Notes under the pieces: model-generated
Seen by the model: only the letters and a program-made list of their open reading frames with translations
Told to the model about the DNA's origin: nothing
Database searches by the model: none
Translations under genes and position numbers: made by a program
Shown: piece after piece, positions 8,676-21,588 of the stretch
How positions within the stretch are numbered: position 1 is the stretch's first letter
How the letters are laid out: every line of letters begins with the position of its first letter
NCBI GenBank assembly: GCA_965365625.1
Contig: CBDUCL010000001.1
Span: 1-51,929 of the forward strand
Length of the DNA: 51,929 bases
Direction: 5' to 3'
From: an uncultured Chromatiales bacterium
GTDB lineage: Bacteria; Pseudomonadota; Gammaproteobacteria; Chromatiales; Chromatiaceae

Positions 8676-9472
8676 GGCTGGCCTCCTCGCTGCAACGCAA
8701 ACAAGCGGTCTGGGATTGGCTGACAGCGCCCGCTGGGCCAACCGGCCGCCAGGCTGCGCCAGGTATAGTCGAGCCCGGCGTGTACCGCCTCCCGCAGGGG
8801 CTCGCTGGCAGCCAGTCGCGCGGCGATCGCGGAGGCCAGGGTGCAGCCGGAGCCGTGGTAACTGGCGGGCAGGCGCCGGTAGCCCCAGCGCTCCGGAGCC
8901 GCGCCTGGCCGGTATAGGCGGTTGACCACCTGGGCCTCGTCCTCATGGGTGCCGGTGATCAGCGCCGCCCCGACCCCGAGCCCCAGCAGCCTTTCGGCGC
9001 AGGAATCGAGGTCGTCGTCGGCGGCCAGCCGGCGCGCCTCCAGGCTGTTGGGTGTCACCAGATCGACTCGGGGCAAAAGCCCGCGCAGGGCCTGCTCCAG
9101 TGCCCGGTCCGCCAGCGCGGTACCGGCGCCCGAGGCCAGCACCGGGTCGAGTACCACCGGCATCTCGGGCCACTCCGACAAAAGCTCTGCCAGGCCGCGG
9201 GCCAAGCTGGCGTCTCCCAATAGGCCGATTTTTATTGCGGCAATCGGGCTGTCCGACAGCATTCGCCGGGCCTGGGCCAGCACCTGCCCGGGCGGTTGCG
9301 GCAGCAGTTGGTAGACGTCGCAGCTGTCCTGGTCGGTGAGGCAGCTGACGACGCTGCAGGCGTGGGCGCCATTGGCGGCTGCCGCCTCGATGTCGGCCTG
9401 GATGCCGGCCCCGCCGCCGGGGTCGTGTCCGGAAATGGCGAGGAGTTGGGGCAGTCGGGGTGCCTGGAGCAT
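8672..9472 (-). CDS. thiD: hydroxymethylpyrimidine / phosphomethylpyrimidine kinase
   Basis: Translation LLAISGHDPGGGAGIQADIEA... and ...GTGCTLASAIAA-like GSGCTLASAIAARLA is typical ThiD. ATG 9472 is preferred over the upstream TTG 9511. Confidence 0.9.
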   Translation of the reverse strand: MLQAPRLPQLLAISGHDPGGGAGIQADIEAAAANGAHACSVVSCLTDQDSCDVYQLLPQPPGQVLAQARRMLSDSPIAAIKIGLLGDASLARGLAELLSEWPEMPVVLDPVLASGAGTALADRALEQALRGLLPRVDLVTPNSLEARRLAADDDLDSCAERLLGLGVGAALITGTHEDEAQVVNRLYRPGAAPERWGYRRLPASYHGSGCTLASAIAARLAASEPLREAVHAGLDYTWRSLAAGWPSGRCQPIPDRLFALQRGGQP

Positions 9473-9605
9473 CTGGGAACCTGGTCTCGGCGGCTGAACA
9501 TGGAGGGGCAAAGTCCCTCAGATTGCATCCTGGGTCAAGGTGCAGTTCGCCCGGACTTCGTGGCAGAATGCGCCCCTTATCCCAACTACCCACCGCGGGG
9601 AAGAT

Positions 9606-9770
9606 ATGAAAAAGTACATGTGCGTGATCTGCGGATTCATCTACGACGAGGCCAAGGGGCTGCCGGACGAGGGAATCCCCCCCGGTACTCGCTGGGAGGA
9701 CGTTCCCCTGAACTGGGTCTGCCCCGAGTGCGGCGCCGGTAAGGAAGATTTCGAGATGATGGAGATCTGA
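9606..9770 (+). CDS. rubredoxin
   Basis: 54 aa from ATG 9606: [15 protein letters not shown]...[13 protein letters not shown], with the two CxxC knuckles of rubredoxin. Confidence 0.9.
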   Translation: MKKYMCVICGFIYDEAKGLPDEGIPPGTRWEDVPLNWVCPECGAGKEDFEMMEI

Positions 9771-9894
9771 TTGAGCCCGGTCGCAACCGGCCGGGCAACT
9801 CGGCTGGCGGCTTTCCCGGCTCTCCCCATTTCCCGGTGGCGAGAGAAAACTCGACTACAATGTAAGGCCGGAGGGGAGCGGTGGAGAGAGTGCG

Positions 9895-10380
9895 ATGAGT
9901 TCTCAGTTGCGGGAAATGGAGGATCTGGCGCGCAGCTATTGTGAGCTGGTCGAGGCTGCCAGTGAGCGCGATGAATCCTGGATCCAGAAGGTGGCGAGCC
10001 TGCTGCCGCGGCTGCACATGGCCATCACTGCCTTGGGCACGGTACCTGACGACTCGGAACACACCTTGGTCGCGGACCTGGACGCGCGGTTTGAGCTTTA
10101 CGGCTATCTGCGCAAGCTCCTTGGGGAGCGGGACGCTTATTGGATGGAGTTCGATGCCGCCCACGACAAGCAGTGCATGAGCGGCAGCCTGGCCGACGAT
10201 CTTACCGACATCTACTGTGAACTCAAGCACGGCCTGCGCTTGCTCGATGCCAGTCCGCCGCAACCGGAGGTAGCGCTCGACGGCTGGCGCCGCAGCTACA
10301 AGGCTCATTGGGGGCAGCACCTGGTGGACGCGGAGCGGCACCTTTACGCCCTGCGGGCACGCGGCGAACTTGCGTTCTGA
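9895..10380 (+). CDS. conserved hypothetical protein (possibly DUF5063 family)
   Basis: 161-aa GC3-rich ORF with a GGAGAG RBS upstream. It is acidic and helical, with an LADDLTDIYCELKHGL motif. The family assignment is from memory only. Confidence 0.6.
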   Translation: MSSQLREMEDLARSYCELVEAASERDESWIQKVASLLPRLHMAITALGTVPDDSEHTLVADLDARFELYGYLRKLLGERDAYWMEFDAAHDKQCMSGSLADDLTDIYCELKHGLRLLDASPPQPEVALDGWRRSYKAHWGQHLVDAERHLYALRARGELAF

Positions 10381-10507
10381 AATTTCGCTCCAATGTTAGG
10401 CGGGAAGAGGTTGGATGCTGCCGCGGTAAGTTAATGGCCTGGCTTACAGTCGAGGTTGGTGGTACTCTGATCGCCATTTTTGCATTGATTCTTGAGGAGA
10501 CGATTGG

Positions 10508-10885
10508 ATGAACGCGACGGTTCAGAATGCCCTTTCGGAGCAGGATCTCAGCCTGACCCAGATTGCCCAGGTCAAGATGGCGGAACTGATCGGGCAGGTG
10601 GATGAAAATATCGAGGGAGTGCGTGTATACGCCAGCCCAGGCGGCTGCAGCGGAGTCAGTTTCGGGATGACCTTTACTGACACCATCGACGCCAACGACG
10701 GTGTTTTGGAGTGCGACGGCTTTCGGGTAATTGTGGACGACGCCACCATGGGGTATCTGCGCGGCGTCGAGATCGATTTCCAGGATCGCGGCGATGGCAA
10801 CGCCAGCTTTGTATTCAACAACCTGCAACCCGTTGGCGGAGGTGGGTGTGGCACCTGCGGCTCTTCCGGCGGCGGCTGCGGCTGA
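10508..10885 (+). CDS. HesB/IscA-family iron-sulfur cluster carrier with atypical Gly/Cys-rich C-terminus
   Basis: 125 aa with a GAGGAG RBS. It has the A-type carrier core (VRVYASPGGCSGVSFGMTF, GFRVIVDDATMGYLRGVEIDF). It ends in GGGGCGTCGSSGGGCG rather than the canonical CGCGxSF. Confidence 0.8.
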   Translation: MNATVQNALSEQDLSLTQIAQVKMAELIGQVDENIEGVRVYASPGGCSGVSFGMTFTDTIDANDGVLECDGFRVIVDDATMGYLRGVEIDFQDRGDGNASFVFNNLQPVGGGGCGTCGSSGGGCG

Positions 10886-10951
10886 GCGGATCTTCGACGC
10901 TTTCGGAGTCGCGCTGGTCGGACCCGGCTGGCACCGGCAATAAAGAATGAA

Positions 10952-10982
10952 CCCGCCAAGGGCGAGCCCTGGCGGGTTTTTT
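10952..10982 (+). terminator. rho-independent terminator downstream of the HesB-like gene
   Basis: Stem CCCGCCA(10952-10958)/TGGCGGG(10970-10976) with an internal GGGC/GCCC extension, followed by 6 T (10977-10982). Confidence 0.75.
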
Positions 10983-11165
10983 CGTGTCGACCCGGTAAGT
11001 CTGTGAGCAGAACATTTGCACGGACTTTGGGTTTCTGTTGTTCTTTGGCAACATGTCTGCGAACTCTCCCTCTTGCTCGTAAGGGAAAACCCTTATAGGT
11101 CCCGAGTATTTATTAATATGCGAAACAGCTAAATATACCCGATTGTTTTTTAATGAAAAAATTCC

Positions 11166-11194
11166 TTGACAGTCTACGGGGGGCAGAGTAGCCT
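11166..11194 (+). promoter_or_regulatory. sigma70-like promoter candidate
   Basis: TTGACA (11166-11171), a 17-nt spacer, then TAGCCT (11189-11194). It sits in an AT-richer intergenic region. Confidence 0.35.
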
Positions 11195-11200
11195 CTGTTT

Positions 11201-11296
11201 CAACAACTTTGTGGCGGCCGTTGAATCTCAACGGTTAAGGCATAACAAAAATACGTCACTCCTAGCATTAGGCGGCTTTTTAGCCGCTTTTTTATT
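11201..11296 (+). ncRNA. candidate small RNA (~95 nt) between promoter candidate and intrinsic terminator
   Basis: Downstream of the promoter candidate there is an internal hairpin CCGTTGA-ATC-TCAACGG (11218-11234). A terminal hairpin GCGGCT-TTTT-AGCCGC (11272-11287) is followed by TTTTTTATT. There is no ATG-initiated ORF inside. Confidence 0.3.
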
Positions 11297-11428
11297 GCCT
11301 GTTGTATCTGAGCAACGCTTATTCGCCTCCCTCTTTCCATTCCAGCCAATCCTGCGACTTGCGCATGGTGTGTCAGTGTTCTGTCGCTATATACTAATAA
11401 GCTTTTGAAATTGCTTGGAGCCGACTGA

Positions 11429-12460
11429 ATGAGACTGGGTATCGTGGGTGGGACCGGCTATACAGGGGTCGAGCTGCTGCGCTTGCTGGTTGGGCATGAC
11501 GGCGTGGATCTGGCGGTGATCACCTCCCGTTCCGAGGCTGGGCGGCCAGTGGCCGATCTGTTTCCTAGTTTGCGCGGCCACCTCGACTTGGCGTTCAGTG
11601 AGCCGGATCCTGGGCGCCTGGCCGAATGCGACTTGGTGTTTTTCGCCACCCCCAATGGTACCGCCATGGGCATGGTGCCGGAGCTCCTGGCACGCGGTAC
11701 CCGGGTGATCGACCTGGCCGCGGACTTCCGCCTACGCGATCCGGCGCTCTGGCGCCGGTGGTATGGGATGGACCACGCCTGCCCGGAATTGCTGCCCGAG
11801 GCGGTTTATGGGCTGCCCGAACTCAATCGGAGGCAAATCGCCAGGGCCCGGCTGGTGGCCAATCCCGGATGCTATCCGACTGCCGTTACACTGGGCTGGC
11901 TGCCCTTGGTCGAAACCGGATTGGTTGATATCGGCCACTTGGTGGCGGATGCCAAGTCGGGGGTCAGCGGAGCCGGCCGCAAAGCCAGCGTGCCGGGCCT
12001 GATGGGAGAGGTGGGGGAGAGCTTCAAGGCCTATGCGGTTCCCGGGCATCGGCACCTCCCTGAGATTCGTCAGACCCTGGCGGGGGTGGTCGGCAGCGAG
12101 GTCGGTTTGACCTTCGTACCCCACCTGGTGCCGATGATTCGCGGTATTGAAGCGACGTTGTACGCGCGCCTGCGGGCCGGAGAGCCGGGCGATCTGCAGG
12201 CCTTGTATGAGCGGCGCTATGCCGACGAGCCGTTCGTCGACGTGCTGCCGTCGGGCTCTCATCCGGAGACCCGCAGTGTGCGCGGGATCAACCAGTGCCG
12301 GATGGCGGTGCACCGACCCCAGGGCGGAGATACCTTGGTGGTGTCATCGGTGATCGACAACCTGGTCAAGGGGGCCGCCGGCCAGGCAGTTCAGAATATG
12401 AACCTGATGCTGGGGATGGCCGAGACCCTGGGCTTGGAGCAGGTGGCCCTTTCGCCCTGA
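11429..12460 (+). CDS. argC: N-acetyl-gamma-glutamyl-phosphate reductase
   Basis: 343 aa. [20 protein letters not shown]... and the catalytic-Cys block [11 protein letters not shown] are typical ArgC. Confidence 0.95.
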   Translation: MRLGIVGGTGYTGVELLRLLVGHDGVDLAVITSRSEAGRPVADLFPSLRGHLDLAFSEPDPGRLAECDLVFFATPNGTAMGMVPELLARGTRVIDLAADFRLRDPALWRRWYGMDHACPELLPEAVYGLPELNRRQIARARLVANPGCYPTAVTLGWLPLVETGLVDIGHLVADAKSGVSGAGRKASVPGLMGEVGESFKAYAVPGHRHLPEIRQTLAGVVGSEVGLTFVPHLVPMIRGIEATLYARLRAGEPGDLQALYERRYADEPFVDVLPSGSHPETRSVRGINQCRMAVHRPQGGDTLVVSSVIDNLVKGAAGQAVQNMNLMLGMAETLGLEQVALSP

Positions 12461-12547
12461 GCCGACCTCGCAATACTTGACTAAAGCACTAGGAAAAGCG
12501 ATAATCTTGCCGACGAAATTCAACCAGATCCGTCAGGAGCAGTTGCC

Positions 12548-12901
12548 ATGAACACCGCTGAAACCGTCAACGAAGCCCCAGTCGTATTTACCTCCAGCGC
12601 CGCCGCCAAGGTCTCTGAACTGATCAAGGAAGAGGGCAACCCGGAGCTGATGCTACGGCTCTATATCCAGGGTGGTGGCTGTTCCGGCTTCCAATATGGT
12701 TTCACATTCGATGAAAATGTCGCGGAGGGAGATACCTCTGTGGTAACCGACGGCGTGACGCTTTTGATTGATCCGATGAGCATGCAGTACCTGATGGGGG
12801 CGGAGGTCGACTACACGGAAGGCCTGCAGGGGGCGCAGTTCGTGATTCGGAATCCGAACGCCAGCACCACCTGCGGTTGCGGCTCCTCTTTTTCCGCCTG
12901 A
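12548..12901 (+). CDS. erpA: iron-sulfur cluster insertion protein ErpA
   Basis: 117 aa with [20 protein letters not shown] and the C-terminal [10 protein letters not shown], the canonical A-type carrier / ErpA signature. Confidence 0.9.
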   Translation: MNTAETVNEAPVVFTSSAAAKVSELIKEEGNPELMLRLYIQGGGCSGFQYGFTFDENVAEGDTSVVTDGVTLLIDPMSMQYLMGAEVDYTEGLQGAQFVIRNPNASTTCGCGSSFSA

Positions 12902-12924
12902 TCGCGGCTCGTCGGAGTTCCCAG

Positions 12925-12967
12925 CGCCACACCTCGGGCGGCGACGCCCGAGGTGTGGCGTTTTTTT
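12925..12967 (+). terminator. strong rho-independent terminator after erpA (convergent with radC)
   Basis: Perfect 16-bp stem CGCCACACCTCGGGCG / CGCCCGAGGTGTGGCG with GCGA loop (12925-12960), then 7 T (12961-12967). Confidence 0.9.
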
Positions 12968-12969
12968 GC

Positions 12970-13644
12970 TCACAGCAGACCCAGCTCGGCGAGCGAAGTA
13001 GGCACCCCATCGCCAATAATGAAATGATCCAGCAGCCGAACGTCCACCAGCGCCAAGGCCTCCTTTAGGCGCTGGGTGATGCGGGTGTCGGCGGCGCTGG
13101 GCTCGGTCACCCCCGACGGATGATTATGGGCCAGGATGGCCGCCGCTGCATTGTGGTGCAGGGCGCGGCGCACGACCTCCCGCGGATGCACGCTGGCCCC
13201 GTCGATGGTGCCGCGAAACAATTCCTCGTACTCGATTACCCGGTGTCGGTTGTCCAGGAACAGGCAGGCAAATACTTCGTAAGGGTAGCTGCGCAGGCGC
13301 GACTGTAGGTAGTTCCGGGTTTGCTCCGGACTGTTCAGGCTGGCCCCCCGCTCCAGGTGTTCGCGCAGATAGCGACGGCTCATTTCCAGCGCGGCCTGCA
13401 GCTGGGCGTACTTGGCGTTGCCCAGGCCCGGGCTTGCGCTGAAGCGTTTGAGGTCTGCCGCCAACAGGTTTACTAGTCCTTTGTGCTCGTCGAGGAGTTC
13501 CCTTGCGAGGTCCACCGCGCTTTTGCCAGGAATGCCGGTGCGCAGGAAAATGGCTAACAGCTCGGCGTTAGATAGCGTTTGCGGGCCGAAACGCAAGAGT
13601 TTTTCTCTCGGCCGCTCGTCGGCCGGCCAGTCCCTAATCGCCAT
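12970..13644 (-). CDS. radC: RadC-family JAB-domain protein
   Basis: Start moved to ATG 13644 ([17 protein letters not shown]...). The JAMM motif HNHPSG is present. 224 aa. Confidence 0.9.
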   Translation of the reverse strand: MAIRDWPADERPREKLLRFGPQTLSNAELLAIFLRTGIPGKSAVDLARELLDEHKGLVNLLAADLKRFSASPGLGNAKYAQLQAALEMSRRYLREHLERGASLNSPEQTRNYLQSRLRSYPYEVFACLFLDNRHRVIEYEELFRGTIDGASVHPREVVRRALHHNAAAAILAHNHPSGVTEPSAADTRITQRLKEALALVDVRLLDHFIIGDGVPTSLAELGLL

Positions 13645-13785
13645 AGCGTCCTTCTCCTTTCGCCCCGAGCCTGGGAGCATAGGCCAAAACTAGGGGCCTT
13701 GGCCAGTCGCAGTAACCATCCTAGGCTTTGCTCCCCGAGGGCGATCTAGTACTCTTGGGCTTTGCCTGACAGGTTACTGTTTTTA

Positions 13786-14997
13786 ATGGTCGATTTGAGC
13801 CAACGACGGGTATTGCTCGGGGTCACTGGCGGGATAGCGGCCTACAAGGCGGCAATGCTGGTGCGCCTGCTGCGTGGCGCCGGAGCGGAGGTTCGGGTGG
13901 TGATGACCCGCTCCGCCGAGGCTTTTATAGCGCCGCTGACCCTGCAGGCCCTGTCCGGCCAGCGGGTGCGGTGCGGGCTGTTGGACCCGGAGGCGGAGTC
14001 CGCGATGAGCCACATCGAGCTGGCTCGCTGGGCGGAATTGGTACTGGTGGCCCCGGCCAGTGCGGACTTTCTTGCTCGCATCGCCCACGGGTTGGCGGAC
14101 GACCTGCTTAGTACCCTGTGTCTTGCCAGTGCTGCCCCTCTGGCCGTGGCACCGGCCATGAACCGGCAGATGTGGCTGCATCCGGCAACCCGCCACAATC
14201 TGGCGCTGTTGATTGAACGCGGGGTTCACTGTTGGGGCCCAGCTTCCGGCGCTCAAGCCTGCGGGGAAGAGGGGCCGGGGCGGATGCTTGAGCCCGAGCA
14301 ACTGCTGGAACGGGTGGCGGGGCTGTGGGCGACCGGGCCGCTCAACGGGGTTCGGGCCCTGGTCACTGCCGGGCCGACGCGGGAGCCGATCGATCCGGTG
14401 CGCTTCGTCGGCAACCGTAGCTCGGGCAAGATGGGGTATGCTCTGGCTGCGGCGCTACGGGAACTGGGGGCTGAGGTCACCCTAGTCAGCGGTCCGGTGG
14501 TCTTGCCGGCGCCGCCAGGGGTGCTGCGGGTTTCGGTGGAGACCGCTTTGGAGATGCACGCGGCAGTGATGGCGCGAGTTGAAGCCTGTGACCTGTTCGC
14601 CGCTGCCGCCGCAGTAGCCGACTACCGGCCCCAAGAGGTACACTCCGAGAAGCTGAAGAAGCAGCGTGAACAGCTGCAGCTGAGCTTGGTGCGAAACCCC
14701 GATATCCTTGCCGAGGTAGCGGCGCTGCCCCGTCCGCCCTTTACCCTGGGGTTTGCAGCCGAGACCCAAGACCTGGCGGCCAATGCGGCCACCAAGCTAC
14801 GGCAAAAGGGGCTGGACCTGGTCGCCGCCAACCGGGTCGGCGGCGGCGAGGGGGGGTTCGAAAGCGAGCGTAATGCCCTCAGCCTGCTTTGGCAGGGCGG
14901 TGGCCAAGAACTGGCGATGGCGCCCAAGATGCGGTTGGCGCGGGAGTTGGCCAGGGTGGTGGCGGAGCGGTACCGACTCGCGAGAGCGGCGGCGTAG
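13786..14997 (+). CDS. coaBC: bifunctional phosphopantothenoylcysteine decarboxylase / phosphopantothenate-cysteine ligase
   Basis: ATG 13786 ([22 protein letters not shown]...) is preferred over TTG 13762. It has an N-terminal flavoprotein domain and a C-terminal CoaB domain ([25 protein letters not shown]). Confidence 0.95.
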   Translation: MVDLSQRRVLLGVTGGIAAYKAAMLVRLLRGAGAEVRVVMTRSAEAFIAPLTLQALSGQRVRCGLLDPEAESAMSHIELARWAELVLVAPASADFLARIAHGLADDLLSTLCLASAAPLAVAPAMNRQMWLHPATRHNLALLIERGVHCWGPASGAQACGEEGPGRMLEPEQLLERVAGLWATGPLNGVRALVTAGPTREPIDPVRFVGNRSSGKMGYALAAALRELGAEVTLVSGPVVLPAPPGVLRVSVETALEMHAAVMARVEACDLFAAAAAVADYRPQEVHSEKLKKQREQLQLSLVRNPDILAEVAALPRPPFTLGFAAETQDLAANAATKLRQKGLDLVAANRVGGGEGGFESERNALSLLWQGGGQELAMAPKMRLARELARVVAERYRLARAAA

Positions 14998-15053
14998 CGA
15001 ACCGCTAAGCCCTCTTGACCGTCCCTTATTCCGAACAATAAGACGCTTTGAAA

Positions 15054-18534
<3,481 letters not shown>

Positions 18535-18548
18535 GCACAGCGGGCTGT

Positions 18549-19166
18549 ATGGCCGTGGCAAGATCATCCAACCGCCGCCAGGAAATTCTTCAGAGCCTGG
18601 CCGCGGAGCTCGAGAAGCAGCCGGGGGCGCGCATTACAACCGCCGCCCTGGCCCACAGCACCGGGGTGTCGGAGGCGGCGCTGTACCGCCACTTCGCCAG
18701 CAAGGCCAAGATGTTCGAGGCCCTGATCGAGTTCGCTGAGGAGAGCGTGTTTGTGCGCATCAACCAGATCCTCGCCGAGGAGCCCGGTACCCGCGAGCGT
18801 TGCGCCCGAACGCTGTACCTGTTGCTTGCCTTTTCGGCCCGAAACCCCGGCATTACCCGGGTGCTAATGGGCGATGCCCTGGTGGGGGAGACCGGGCGGC
18901 TGCTGGCGCGAGTAGAGCAATTCTTCGCCCGTATCGAGACCCAACTCAAGCAGATTCTGCGCGAGAGCAAGCTGCGCCACGACTTGGACTGCAGGCTGCC
19001 GGCGGAGGAAGCCGCCGGCTTGATGCTGGCCTGGGTCGAAGGGCGCATGCACCAGTTTCTGCGCAGCCGCTTCGCGTTATCCCCGCTGCACCATTGGGAA
19101 GAGCACTGGCGGTCGTTGGAACTGGGGTTGTTTGCGGAAATCGAGTCGGGAGAGCTCAGCCGGTGA
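18549..19166 (+). CDS. slmA: nucleoid occlusion factor SlmA (TetR family)
   Basis: 205 aa with a TetR HTH (ITTAALAHSTGVSEAALYRHFASKAKMFEALIEF), as in SlmA. Its position next to argB/coaBC/pyrE fits the conserved slmA neighbourhood. Confidence 0.8.
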   Translation: MAVARSSNRRQEILQSLAAELEKQPGARITTAALAHSTGVSEAALYRHFASKAKMFEALIEFAEESVFVRINQILAEEPGTRERCARTLYLLLAFSARNPGITRVLMGDALVGETGRLLARVEQFFARIETQLKQILRESKLRHDLDCRLPAEEAAGLMLAWVEGRMHQFLRSRFALSPLHHWEEHWRSLELGLFAEIESGELSR

Positions 19167-19410
19167 AAAATTACTACGAGGGCCGATGGGGTAGAGCCGA
19201 AACCGCCCTGGCACGGCTGCAAGCCGATCGCCAAACCAATGGCGGTGGCGCTCGTTCCGCCACAGGGCTTTAAACTCCTCTGGCCGCGAGCGCAGTTCTC
19301 AAACCATTGCTATGCGGTGTGGTGGCCGGCTCTCGGCTGGCTTTGACAAGGGCCCGGCATGGCGCTGTCGGCTGTTCAACGCCGCTGCCGGCAGCTCCAG
19401 GAAAACGTTG

Positions 19411-19430
19411 AAAAAAGCCATCCCCGGCTT
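19411..19430 (-). terminator. weak terminator candidate downstream of the DUF4124 gene
   Basis: On the minus strand: AAGCC-GGGGAT-GGCTT followed by a T run (the plus strand shows aaaaaagccatccccggctt). The stem is only 5 bp. Confidence 0.25.
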
Positions 19431-19529
19431 GTTTGGGTGTGGTTTCCGCAAGCCGTCTCTTCCTATCCCATGGGGCAATTGATAGGGCGCGGCGTCCTGC
19501 CCGCGCAAAACCGATATATCAGTGTCCGC

Positions 19530-20528
19530 TCAGGGCTGACCGATCTGAAACCGCATATAGGGCCGGAACCGGCGGATTAGCAGCTCCACTTCGCGCCCTT
19601 GGCAGAATTCATGACCGTCGGTAGTGTCGCGGCACTGGACATCGAGAAACAGAGTGGCGGCATCGCCTTCGGCCTCGGGCAAGCGGGCGATGGTGAGGCT
19701 GATGTCGTTGTCCTGCAGTGGCGGCTTGGTGATGATTAGATCGTTCGTGGCCTGTTGCAGCTCGGTGGTTGCGAACTGCTCGGCGAAGCCCTGGGCCCGG
19801 CTCCATGCCTGATTGCAGCTAACGGCGTCCTCGCAGCGATAGATATTGGCCAAGTCGGCTTGTCCGGACTCCCTGTCTTGAGCTACGTCGACTTCCTCCG
19901 CCTGCATGTTCTTGAGCATGCGGAAGCGGCGGATGTCCTCGCCATAGGTTTTTCGGATGATGGCCTTGTTTTCCTGGTGGCGCAGGATGTTGGCGTAACC
20001 CTCGTTCAAGGAGCTGCGAGTGCTGGCGATTTCGTTCTGCCACTTCTCGGGGATCGGCTTGCCGGCGCGCTCCAGGTTGGCGGCCCGCTTTTCCTCTTCC
20101 GCCAGCTTCGCCTTCAGCAACTTGTTGTTGCGCTCGGATACGCGGATCAATACGTCCACCGCGGCCAGCTTGCCGTCCTGGGCCAGCACTATGTCGTCCA
20201 CGCTGTGAAAGGTGCGCAGCAGCACGCGGTCCTCCGCCTCCTGCTTCTCGCGCAGCCGCTGCTGTTCCCGGCGCAGACGTTCCAACTCGGCTTCGCGCGC
20301 CCGCTCCTCGGGGGTCTTGGCCGCGTCTACCTGGTCGATCGCCAGACCCCGTTCGTTGAGTTCGGTGCGGCCCTTGTCGACCTGCTCGGCGGGCATCTGG
20401 TCGGTGAAATGAACATTGCCCTCATCGTCGACCCAGCGGTAGAGCTTGCCTGCCGACAGCGGGGTTGCGGCCAAACTGCCAGCCAGCAGCACAGCGGCGG
20501 CGACAAGCCGTTTACGAGCGTTTGACAT
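19530..20528 (-). CDS. DUF4124 domain-containing secreted protein with coiled-coil region
   Basis: 332 aa. It has a signal peptide (LVAAAVLLAGSLAATPLSA), then the DUF4124 motif KLYRWVDDEGNVHFTD, then a charged E/R/K-rich helical segment. Confidence 0.8.
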   Translation of the reverse strand: MSNARKRLVAAAVLLAGSLAATPLSAGKLYRWVDDEGNVHFTDQMPAEQVDKGRTELNERGLAIDQVDAAKTPEERAREAELERLRREQQRLREKQEAEDRVLLRTFHSVDDIVLAQDGKLAAVDVLIRVSERNNKLLKAKLAEEEKRAANLERAGKPIPEKWQNEIASTRSSLNEGYANILRHQENKAIIRKTYGEDIRRFRMLKNMQAEEVDVAQDRESGQADLANIYRCEDAVSCNQAWSRAQGFAEQFATTELQQATNDLIITKPPLQDNDISLTIARLPEAEGDAATLFLDVQCRDTTDGHEFCQGREVELLIRRFRPYMRFQIGQP

Positions 20529-20563
20529 GCATCACCCTTGTTCGGTCTATTTCAATGCATCCG

Positions 20564-20593
20564 ATTATAGTGCGGGTTCGACCGCACTGCGAA
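20564..20593 (-). promoter_or_regulatory. sigma70 promoter candidate for the DUF4124 gene
   Basis: Minus strand: TTCGCA (20593-20588), an 18-nt spacer, then a perfect TATAAT (20569-20564). This lies ~36 nt upstream of ATG 20528, with AAGGGTGA as RBS. Confidence 0.45.
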
Positions 20594-20843
20594 GCCCGCC
20601 TGGTCCAAACAGCGTGCCCGGTTTCTCATTTCCTTGGCCGCAATCCGGTCTCGGATTTCGCCGGCCCTGCCCGGCGCGGTAGCCGGCAAGTATCGGAGTT
20701 CTGCGGGTCCGTCGCCGAGGCCAATGTCTGGATCAAATGCGGCTTCGAGATACTCGCGTTGCGGGAAGCGCAAGATCGAGGTGGGGCCGGTGGTAATCTC
20801 TCGTTGCCTCAGCCCTCCCCCTGTGCACGTATACGCCCGGGCC

Positions 20844-21485
20844 TCATACCCCGTACCGGTCACGATAGTCCCGAATCCGCTTCAGATCCTGGCCATTGCC
20901 GTTGCGGCCCTCCAGGTATTCCACCAGTTCGGCCAGGCGGACGATGGCGGCTACCGGGATGCGGTAGTCCTGCTCCACCTCCTGGATGGCCGAGCGTTCG
21001 CCCTGGCCGCGCTCCTGGCGGTCCAGCGCGATCACCACCCCGGCCGGTTCGGCGCCGAGGGCGGAGATCAGCTGCATTGACTCGCGCACCGCGGTGCCTG
21101 CCGTGATGACGTCGTCGATAATCAGGATGCGGCCCTGCATCGGGTGGCCGACGATGCTGCCGCCCTCGCCGTGGTCCTTGGCCTCCTTGCGATTGAAGGC
21201 ATAGGGGATATCCATGTCGTGCTGATCGTAGAGGGCAGCGGCAGTGACCGCTGCCAGGGGAATGCCTTTGTAGGCGGGGCCGAACAGCAGGTCGAACTCG
21301 ATGCCGGAGTCGACGATGGCCTGGGCGTAGAAGCGCCCCAGGCGGGCCAGGCTGGCGCCGCTGTTGAATAATCCGGCGTTGAAGAAATAGGGACTGATCC
21401 GCCCGGACTTGAGGGTGAACTCGCCGAAGCGCAGTACCTCGGAGTCGAGGGCGAAATCGAGGAATCGTTGTTGGTAGTCCTGCAT
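20844..21485 (-). CDS. pyrE: orotate phosphoribosyltransferase
   Basis: 213 aa. [17 protein letters not shown] and the PRPP loop [13 protein letters not shown] are typical PyrE. Confidence 0.95.
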   Translation of the reverse strand: MQDYQQRFLDFALDSEVLRFGEFTLKSGRISPYFFNAGLFNSGASLARLGRFYAQAIVDSGIEFDLLFGPAYKGIPLAAVTAAALYDQHDMDIPYAFNRKEAKDHGEGGSIVGHPMQGRILIIDDVITAGTAVRESMQLISALGAEPAGVVIALDRQERGQGERSAIQEVEQDYRIPVAAIVRLAELVEYLEGRNGNGQDLKRIRDYRDRYGV

Positions 21486-21588
21486 AGAGCCGTCTCCGCG
21501 TCATTGATTGCGGGCATTTTCCGGGGCGGCCGCAGCGGATGCAAGGTATCATCTCGGTTTGCCCGCGCAGCCTGCCGTTAGAGGTTCC

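Noticed and set aside
11166-11408. 80-aa plus-strand ORF (TTG start) and 138-aa minus-strand ORF (10815..11231) in the argC upstream gap
   Set aside because: Both read through intrinsic-terminator hairpins, use AT-rich codons unlike the genome's genes, and one overlaps the HesB-like CDS. The region is better explained as non-coding, possibly an sRNA.
19205-19222. Sigma54-like TGGCAC...GC element downstream of slmA
   Set aside because: The GG-to-GC spacing is off by one relative to TGGCAC-N5-TTGC, and no TTGC is present.
19299-19580. Small ORFs (69 aa minus strand, 73 aa and 63 aa plus strand) in the slmA / DUF4124 gap
   Set aside because: They overlap one another and the 3' end of the DUF4124 gene, and have no RBS or motif. 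The gap is more likely to hold the convergent terminators.
20571-20588. tRNA-like GGTTCGA motif (GTGCGGGTTCGACCGCAC); also GGGATTCGAAT near 29265
   Set aside because: The stem/loop geometry does not fit a T-arm (6-nt loop, no matching acceptor or anticodon arms in the flanks). No tRNA can be built around either site.
20552-20863. 103-aa minus-strand ORF filling the pyrE / DUF4124 intergenic region
   Set aside because: It overlaps the pyrE 3' end and runs across the TATAAT promoter of the downstream gene. It has no RBS-backed start and no recognisable motif. It cannot be fully excluded as a small gene, but the evidence is insufficient.
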